Assembly (NCBI GenBank): GCA_043819075.1
Contig: JBDRFE010000067.1
Coordinates: forward strand, 1-31,801
DNA: 31,801 nt
From: an archaeon
GTDB taxonomy: Archaea; Iainarchaeota; Iainarchaeia; Iainarchaeales; 1-14-0-10-31-34
Reading direction: 5' to 3'
Under the pieces are notes generated by a model that was given only the letters and a program-made list of their open reading frames with translations, did not search any database and had not been told where the DNA came from. The translations under genes were made by a program, and so were the position numbers. The first letter of the stretch is position 1, and each line of letters opens with the position of its first letter. Positions 25,247-31,801 of this stretch are shown here, one piece after another.

Positions 25247-27730
25247 TTACTTTTTTCTCTTTTTTGCTTTCTTCCCTGCTTTTGGCTTAGGTTTTTTTGT
25301 AATTAATTCTTTCATTTCCTGCTGGAAGTCTTTTCCTTTTGAGTCAGAGTAATCAATTACTGTTTCATTACTTGCATCTTCTTTGTCTGACCTGACTGCA
25401 GCCATTATAATTAAAATTATTACAATGACTACTAAAATGACTAAAATGTATTGGTCTTCGCCGAACAAAACAAAGCCTGTTTCACTGCCATCTGATTCCT
25501 TTTCTGTTGTTTCAGTTGTTTCAGGCAGTGTTACAACCTTATAGAATGTTCCTTTATCTGAAACTATTTCAATCGGCACTTCTAACCCAGATAAATCAAG
25601 TTTTTCGCTTGCAGTGAATTTCAGGATGATTTCTCCTTTGCCTGCTTTTTTTATTACAGGGTCTTCAATGAAATAGCTTGTTTCAGGGTAATTTGATTTA
25701 ACGTCAAGGATTTTCATGCTTGTTGCAGTGTTGTTTGCAACCTCAATTTTTATTTCAATAACGTTTTGGTTGGTGTCTTTTGCTTCAATTCCGGTTGAGT
25801 TAACCTTAATGTCTTCCGGGTTAATGGTTAACACAATGCTTCCGCCTGAAACATTTACTTCAACTTTTTTTTCTGCTGTAAAGCCAAAATCTGTCTGGGC
25901 TTTAACTGTTACAACAGCTGTTTCTTCTGAGAAATCAAATGGCGGGTTAAAGTAAACATAAACTTCTTTTGTTTCTCCTTTATCTAAATTGAATTCTTTT
26001 GGGTTAAAGTAAACCCAGTCATTTTCTTTGACTGAAAAACTTATTTTTTGAATTGTTAACCCGTTGTTTGTCACTTTAATTGTGTTTATTGTCCCTTCTC
26101 CTGCGTTAACGTCAACAGAATTCTTTAAGTTAGTCATTGTTATTCCAAAACAGGTTGTGTTGTTTAAAAAAGTTATTTTTGCTTTTCTTGTATTCTGTGC
26201 GTTATCTGTTTTTGCTGTAACAGAGTAAACTGTTTCAGCTGAATTTTTTTGCGGAATAATTTCAAGCTCTATTTTTTTTTCTTCCCCGCCGTTTAATTCA
26301 AATGAACCTGTTTTTGGCTGGACCCAGCTTACATCAGATGCAACTGAAAACAATTCTTTTTTTGTTCCGGTGTTTTTCACTGAAATAAACTGGCCTGTTA
26401 ATGGAACGCCTTTGCAGACTTCAATTGAAGGCGCTAAAGAAGAAATTCCATAGCATTTTTCTGCTGTAATTCCTGCTTCAAATGACTTGGTGTAGTTCTC
26501 TGAGTCAGCAATCAAAACAAATTTTATTTCTCCGACAGCTGAAACAGCACTAAAGTCAATTACTGCTTTTGCTTCAATGCTTTGCCCTGGCAGTAATATA
26601 ACAGAGTTTTTTTCCAGCTGTGCCTGCACTCCCTGAATGCTTAACTGTAAAGCAGTTTCTTTTGAGCCGTTATTTTTTATTATATAAGATACTTCTGGCT
26701 TTGATTCAAGGCAGGCTGTTTCATTCCATGCAGCTTTTTCAATGCTTAATTCAAAGCAGTTTTGCAGTTCAATTGAAAACTGTTTTGAGTAAACCTGGCT
26801 GAATTTTTCCGAAACAGCATTTAATACAATAGAATGATTTTTTGTTTCAGCGTTAGTCTGATTGAATTCTATTTCAACTTGTTTTGTTTCTCCCGGCTGC
26901 AATACAAGTTTTGGCTGTTTGACTGAAACCCAGTCAGGGCCCTGAATCTGCAGTAAAATTTCGTCTTCTAACAAGCCGTTGTTTTTGACTGAAATAAATG
27001 CATTTGATTTAAGGTCATTGCATGCAGTGAAAGCCTTGTTTTCTAAAAGAATTTCTTGTGCGTTTTCAACCTTTAATGAAAGACTTGATTTTTTTATTAT
27101 TCCGGTGTTCTTTAATTCTGTTGCCAAAGAGAATTCATAGTTTTTTGTTTCCTGATTGCATGGAATCAAGACACTTAATTCAATGTTTCTTGCAGAATTT
27201 TTTGGCAAAAGAATTTCTTCAGAGCTTAACTCAAACCAGTTCTCGTTTAATCCTTTAACTGAAATTAAAGCTCTTTCATCAAATATTCCTGTGTTTTTCA
27301 ACTCGAATTCAAATACTTGTTTTTTGCATTGGGTTGAATTAATTGACTGGTTTAATGCATTAACAATTATTTTGTGCCCTTGTGCTACAGTTAAATAAAA
27401 AGTTTTTGTTGTAATGCTGTTGTCGCTTATGGCTGAAAGATTTATTTCATAGTTTCCTGCCTGAGCAAAAGGATTCGGGGTTGTAAAAGCATAAACTTCT
27501 TCGCAGGAGTTTCCTGCAAGATAAACGCTTAAAGGCCTTACCTGCATCCAAGAGTTATCTGAAGTTAAATGAAAGTTTGTGCTTGAATCTGATGAATTGC
27601 ATAAATAAAAGACACTCGGGACTGTTTCTCCCTGAAAAGTTAATCCGCTAAAATTTCCTTCAAGCGAATGCCCGCATGCTATTGCAGCAAAAAAAATTAT
27701 TGTTATTGCAGTTAAAACCTTTGAATTCAA
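25247..27730 (-). CDS. Surface protein with repeated Ig-like (COG1361/COG1470-like) domains and a C-terminal TM anchor
   Basis: Signal peptide; repeated (V/L)KN.G...E...W......L.PGE.K.V units; TM YILVILVVIVIILIIMAAV; Lys-rich tail. Confidence 0.8.
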   Translation of the reverse strand: MNSKVLTAITIIFFAAIACGHSLEGNFSGLTFQGETVPSVFYLCNSSDSSTNFHLTSDNSWMQVRPLSVYLAGNSCEEVYAFTTPNPFAQAGNYEINLSAISDNSITTKTFYLTVAQGHKIIVNALNQSINSTQCKKQVFEFELKNTGIFDERALISVKGLNENWFELSSEEILLPKNSARNIELSVLIPCNQETKNYEFSLATELKNTGIIKKSSLSLKVENAQEILLENKAFTACNDLKSNAFISVKNNGLLEDEILLQIQGPDWVSVKQPKLVLQPGETKQVEIEFNQTNAETKNHSIVLNAVSEKFSQVYSKQFSIELQNCFELSIEKAAWNETACLESKPEVSYIIKNNGSKETALQLSIQGVQAQLEKNSVILLPGQSIEAKAVIDFSAVSAVGEIKFVLIADSENYTKSFEAGITAEKCYGISSLAPSIEVCKGVPLTGQFISVKNTGTKKELFSVASDVSWVQPKTGSFELNGGEEKKIELEIIPQKNSAETVYSVTAKTDNAQNTRKAKITFLNNTTCFGITMTNLKNSVDVNAGEGTINTIKVTNNGLTIQKISFSVKENDWVYFNPKEFNLDKGETKEVYVYFNPPFDFSEETAVVTVKAQTDFGFTAEKKVEVNVSGGSIVLTINPEDIKVNSTGIEAKDTNQNVIEIKIEVANNTATSMKILDVKSNYPETSYFIEDPVIKKAGKGEIILKFTASEKLDLSGLEVPIEIVSDKGTFYKVVTLPETTETTEKESDGSETGFVLFGEDQYILVILVVIVIILIIMAAVRSDKEDASNETVIDYSDSKGKDFQQEMKELITKKPKPKAGKKAKKRKK

Positions 27731-27752
27731 TTTTTATTCCCCCTTTTTTTTC

Positions 27753-29510
27753 CTATTTATTTTTTCCCGGATTCACCAGCAGAATTAACACAATCAAAGC
27801 AATTACAATTAATCCGATTGTTTCAGCTGAACCCAAAGAAATTAATCCTGAAATAAAATCTCCTGTATTTGTTTCATCTTTGTTTCCTGTTGCAGGCTGT
27901 TCTTTTGTTATAACCAAGTCAATGGTTTTTTTCTGCCTGAACCTGCTGTTTTCAAACACCAGTGTAATAGGATAAGTTGCATTTAATTTTTCATCCAAGT
28001 CAAGGAAAATTGTTCCTTCAACTGTTTTTGTTTTTCCGTCTTCAAGTTCTTTTGTTATATTTGATTCAAAGGCTGTTCCATCCGGCAGCCCTTCAATCCA
28101 GAACACCATGTCTTCAATTTTTTCCCCTGAAATGTTTTTAATTACAACCTTTATTTTGGTTGAATAATCCATTAAAGTGATTTTTTCCGGAATTGAAAGG
28201 AATTCAATTACTCCAGAAGTAATCAAAGGCTGTTTTTCTTCTGTTACAGTGAATTCAATTAAAATTTCTTTTCCGCCAGCATCCAGTGAAATTTCTTTTT
28301 TCCCAAGCTCTGACAAAACAGTCGGGTTGACTGAGACAAAGATTTTTTTTTCGCTTTTGCTGTCAAGCAAAACGCTTTCCTCTGATAAATGCACGTTAAT
28401 GTTTTCTGTTTCTTCTGCGTTAATCCTTATTCTTTCAGAAAAGTCTCCGGTGTTTTCTAAAAGCAAAGAAAATATTTCTGAATGCCCTCTTTTAATTTCA
28501 ATGTTGTTGTTAAGCAAGACTGCATTGATTTCATGCATTCCCCTTACATTAACAAAAAAAGTTTTTCTTGTTTCATTGAATGCATTAAAAGCATATAATT
28601 CAATTTTATGCTCTCCTGTTTCAGCTGTTTTTTGCGGGGTTACTTCAACCCAGTATCTTCTGGTTTCATTTGGTGCTAAAACGGTTTTTGCCTGCTGTAA
28701 TTCTGTTTCAAGGTCTGATTTTACTGCAAACTCTATTTCGTTGTCGTTGTCAGCCAAATTCCTTACAGTAAAATAAATTCTCTGAGTTTCTTCTTTCCTT
28801 AAATTAGAGTAATTGTCTTCTACTGAAAGCTTAAAATTGTTTTTTGTTTCAATGCATTCCACTAAATCAAAGAAAATTTCTCTTGAAGTAATTGAATCAT
28901 TTGTTTCAAGGAAAACATTCACTGAATACTCGTCTAATGCAAAAGAATTGTTTGAATAAAGCTCTAATTCAACGAATTTTTCTTCCCCTGAACTTAAATC
29001 AATTAATTCAGGTTTTATTGTCGGCAGGAATAATTCTGAGTCAGCGCTTAACCTGATTTTCTGCAGTATTCCAGTGTCATTTTTAACCCAAAAACTCAGC
29101 TTGTCCAGCTGGTTTGCGCAGATGTTCTGCCTGTAATACCTTAAATTAATCTGGCCGGAATAATTTCCTGTTGTTACATTAACTTCAGAGTATTCTGTTC
29201 TGGAATTATATTCCAGCTTTAATTCAATATAATATGTTCTAGGGTAAGTTGACTGGCTTAAGTTCAGTGCAATAACTGTTTTTTCTCCTGGGTTCAGGTA
29301 AAAGTCGTTTGCAGAAAATTCTGCTTCAACCGGGCCTGACGCTGTTAAATGCATTAAAGCTTTTTCGCCTGAAGTATTCTGTATTTTTACAGGCAGGGAA
29401 AAGCTTTCTGTTGCAGAAACAGATACCTCGGTTTTTTCAGGCTGGATTAAAGCATTAACTCCTGAAAGCAGTGCAATCAAAACAATTATTAACAAAAAAA
29501 TTTTTTTCAT
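27753..29510 (-). CDS. Surface protein with repeated Ig-like domains and a C-terminal TM anchor
   Basis: Signal peptide; repeated N..G...L.PGE units; C-terminal IGLIVIALIVLILLV. Confidence 0.8.
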   Translation of the reverse strand: MKKIFLLIIVLIALLSGVNALIQPEKTEVSVSATESFSLPVKIQNTSGEKALMHLTASGPVEAEFSANDFYLNPGEKTVIALNLSQSTYPRTYYIELKLEYNSRTEYSEVNVTTGNYSGQINLRYYRQNICANQLDKLSFWVKNDTGILQKIRLSADSELFLPTIKPELIDLSSGEEKFVELELYSNNSFALDEYSVNVFLETNDSITSREIFFDLVECIETKNNFKLSVEDNYSNLRKEETQRIYFTVRNLADNDNEIEFAVKSDLETELQQAKTVLAPNETRRYWVEVTPQKTAETGEHKIELYAFNAFNETRKTFFVNVRGMHEINAVLLNNNIEIKRGHSEIFSLLLENTGDFSERIRINAEETENINVHLSEESVLLDSKSEKKIFVSVNPTVLSELGKKEISLDAGGKEILIEFTVTEEKQPLITSGVIEFLSIPEKITLMDYSTKIKVVIKNISGEKIEDMVFWIEGLPDGTAFESNITKELEDGKTKTVEGTIFLDLDEKLNATYPITLVFENSRFRQKKTIDLVITKEQPATGNKDETNTGDFISGLISLGSAETIGLIVIALIVLILLVNPGKNK

Positions 29511-30058
29511 TTTTCCCCCTCATTAAGCCTTTTAACAAGCCTTGAAACAAACAAAAACAGCAGAAGTGCTGCAATAATAATTAAAACAACATTAACCGGG
29601 TCAAGGATTTCGCCGAAGCCTGCAAGAAAAACATTTCCTGTAACCGCAATTGAGTCAAAAACATTTTTTTCAGATTCAGCTTCAGCTGGTTCTTCTTTGT
29701 TTGATTTATAAAAATTTAATGCGATTTTTTTTTCAGTTTTTTCCCTTCCTAATTCAATCAAAACAGTTGCTTCATACTTTGAGTTAATTAATTCTTTTCT
29801 CGGAAAAAAAGTTATTTTAATTTCAGTTTTTTCCCCGTTTTCAAGTGCATTTTTTTTTCCGTTTATTTCATATCCTGTTGGAGAAAAAACGCTTATTTTG
29901 AGTTCCTGAACTGAACCAGAGTTGTTTTCAACTTCAAAACTGATTGTTTTGGGTTCTTCAAAAAAAGTTAAAGTCTTCTGAAAATCAGATACTGATGCGT
30001 CAGCATTTACTGCAATAACGAAAAAAATCACGGCCAAAGCCAAGTAAGCAATTTTCAT
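29507..30058 (-). CDS. Small surface protein with one Ig-like domain and a C-terminal TM anchor
   Basis: MKIAYLALAVIFFVIAVNA signal from ATG 30058; TM VVLIIIAALLLFLFV; ATGA coupling to the next gene. Confidence 0.75.
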   Translation of the reverse strand: MKIAYLALAVIFFVIAVNADASVSDFQKTLTFFEEPKTISFEVENNSGSVQELKISVFSPTGYEINGKKNALENGEKTEIKITFFPRKELINSKYEATVLIELGREKTEKKIALNFYKSNKEEPAEAESEKNVFDSIAVTGNVFLAGFGEILDPVNVVLIIIAALLLFLFVSRLVKRLNEGEK

Positions 30059-30171
30059 TTTGGATTCCACGCCAAACCAACACAATTTATGTAGATTTGT
30101 TATTACTTTTGAGTTGAAACAAATATTTAAATATAACTGCTTTCAGTTAAAGCCGTTTTATTGCTTTTTTT

Positions 30172-30717
30172 TCACCTGATTGTCTTTATCAGGTTTGTTC
30201 TGGTGATTATCCCTGTTATTTTGTCTTTTTCTTTGACTAATACAGCAGGATAATGCTTTAATAAAGCTGAAACAGCGTCTATTCCTGAGTTTACTTCTAT
30301 TATCGGCATGCAGTCTTCCATTAAATCTGAAACCATGCTGGCTGAATTGATTTTTCCTGCCCCAATTCTTTCAACCAGTGTTTTTTCTGTTACTGTTCCA
30401 ATGGGAATGTTTTTTTTCATTACAGGCAGCTGGCTTATTCCGTGCCTGTTCATTAAAGAAATTGCTTTTGAAACCTTTTCTTTTTCTTTCACTGAAATAA
30501 CTGTTTTTTTCATAATGCTTCTTGCAGTATGCTTTTTTCTTGTTTCAGAGCTTAATGCATCAAAAACTTTTTTAGCGCTTTCATATGAAGGGGAAACAGT
30601 ATTAGTCTCTATTTTTGCTATAACTGACTGCGGGACACCGCTTAATTCTGAAAGCTCTTTTTGTGTAATATTCAGCTCTTTTCTTTTTGTTTTTATTTCA
30701 TTCAATTCCGGAAGCAA
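30172..30717 (-). CDS. XRE-HTH plus CBS-pair transcriptional regulator (COG3620-like)
   Basis: RKELNITQKELSELSGVPQSVIAKIE...PSY; CBS motifs GISQLPV and GIITRTNL; SD GGAGG. Confidence 0.9.
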   Translation of the reverse strand: MLPELNEIKTKRKELNITQKELSELSGVPQSVIAKIETNTVSPSYESAKKVFDALSSETRKKHTARSIMKKTVISVKEKEKVSKAISLMNRHGISQLPVMKKNIPIGTVTEKTLVERIGAGKINSASMVSDLMEDCMPIIEVNSGIDAVSALLKHYPAVLVKEKDKITGIITRTNLIKTIR

Positions 30718-30734
30718 AAAAACCGCCCTCCTGT

Positions 30735-30754
30735 AATATTCTTTCTGGAATATT
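30735..30754. promoter_or_regulatory. Inverted repeat AATATTC-N6-GAATATT in the divergent HTH-CBS/metK promoter
   Basis: Perfect 7-bp arms at 30735-30741 and 30748-30754. Confidence 0.45.
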
Positions 30755-30842
30755 TTATTCCCTGATTATTCTTTTAATAATATCTTTCCTTTCTTCCATA
30801 TCTTTTTTATAATTAAACTTTGAGGTATTAATAGGTGGTATT

Positions 30843-31801
30843 ATGGCTGAAAAAATTTTATTGTCTTCAGAGTCTGTTACTGAAGGCCATCCGGACAAAT
30901 TATGCGACAAGATTTCTGATGCAATTCTTGATGCAATGCTTGAACAGGACCCTGACTCCAGGGTTGCATGCGAGACTTCTGCTAAAAACGGCGGAGTAAA
31001 TGTTTTCGGCGAAATCACGACAAAAGCTTATGTGGATATTCCTTTGGTTGTAAGGAACACTATTCGAGACATTGGTTACACTAAATCTGAGTATGGAATT
31101 GAATTCCAGACTTGTTCTGTGTGGACTCAGATTACAGAGCAGAGCCCTGACATTGACCAAGGCGTTACTGCAGAGAAAGCCCAGTTCAAGGAACAAGGCG
31201 CTGGAGACCAGGGTTTAATGTATGGTTTTGCCTGCAATGAAACCCCTGAATTAATGCCTTTAACTATTGTTTTAGCTCACAAGCTTTGCATGAAATTAGC
31301 TGATTCAAGGAAAAACAATGAAATTTCTTTTTTAAGGCCTGACGGAAAAAGCCAGGTTACAGTTGAATATGACTCTAATGGAAAGCCTTTGAGAGTTGAT
31401 GCTGTTGTTGTTTCAACCCAGCATGATGAAGGAATAGACTATGAAGAACTAAAAAAAATTGTTATTGAAAAAATTATTAAGCCTGTTTGCGGGAAATGGG
31501 TTGACGATAAAACAAGGTTTTTTGTTAATCCAACTGGAGCTTTTGTTCGCGGGGGACCGTATGCTGATGCCGGGCTAACCGGAAGAAAAATTATTGTTGA
31601 CACTTATGGCGGCATTGGAAGGCATGGCGGAGGAGCTTTTTCCGGCAAGGACCCGAGTAAAGTGGATAGAAGCGCTACTTATATGGCTCGTTATATTGCT
31701 AAAAACATTGTTGCCGCTGGCCTGGCAGATAAATGTGAATTGCAGTTAGCTTATGCTATTGGCTATCCTGAGCCGATTTCAGTTAACGTTGATTGTTTTG
31801 G
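30843..31801 (+). CDS. metK: S-adenosylmethionine synthetase, bacterial/eukaryotic type (runs off window end)
   Basis: Hand translation: [31 protein letters not shown]...[10 protein letters not shown]...[12 protein letters not shown]...[41 protein letters not shown]. Confidence 0.97.
   Translation, partial: MAEKILLSSESVTEGHPDKLCDKISDAILDAMLEQDPDSRVACETSAKNGGVNVFGEITTKAYVDIPLVVRNTIRDIGYTKSEYGIEFQTCSVWTQITEQSPDIDQGVTAEKAQFKEQGAGDQGLMYGFACNETPELMPLTIVLAHKLCMKLADSRKNNEISFLRPDGKSQVTVEYDSNGKPLRVDAVVVSTQHDEGIDYEELKKIVIEKIIKPVCGKWVDDKTRFFVNPTGAFVRGGPYADAGLTGRKIIVDTYGGIGRHGGGAFSGKDPSKVDRSATYMARYIAKNIVAAGLADKCELQLAYAIGYPEPISVNVDCF

Overview
AT-rich chromosomal segment of an archaeon, most likely a DPANN lineage (Diapherotrites/Iainarchaeota-like by gene content; inference). 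Housekeeping anchors are a thermosome subunit, a single-OB SSB, IleRS with an adjacent tRNA-Ile carrying the rare UAU anticodon, TrmB, Lrp and HTH-CBS regulators, and a bacterial-type MetK running off the right end. The strongest candidate for an undescribed system is a compact RiPP-like locus at the left end. It has an unannotated 20-aa ORF (MNSQLLLEEIGRIDFVHFMG, 305..367), a stand-alone PqqD/RRE protein and a HemN-like radical SAM enzyme, and it is divergent from an Lrp regulator with a Ptr-type palindrome in between. Other highlights: a four-gene exported-protein operon ending in a 1148-aa protein with an intact lytic transglycosylase domain; a DUF4258/Zn-finger-AbrB toxin-antitoxin islet bracketed by a 37-bp near-duplicate of the thermosome promoter; REP-like hairpin modules shared between two loci; a chimeric Methanosarcinales-type S-layer-domain protein; an M64-like metallopeptidase lipoprotein; and a set of highly basic orphan proteins, one frameshifted in an A7 run. 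All family assignments come from motif recognition by eye; no searches were run.
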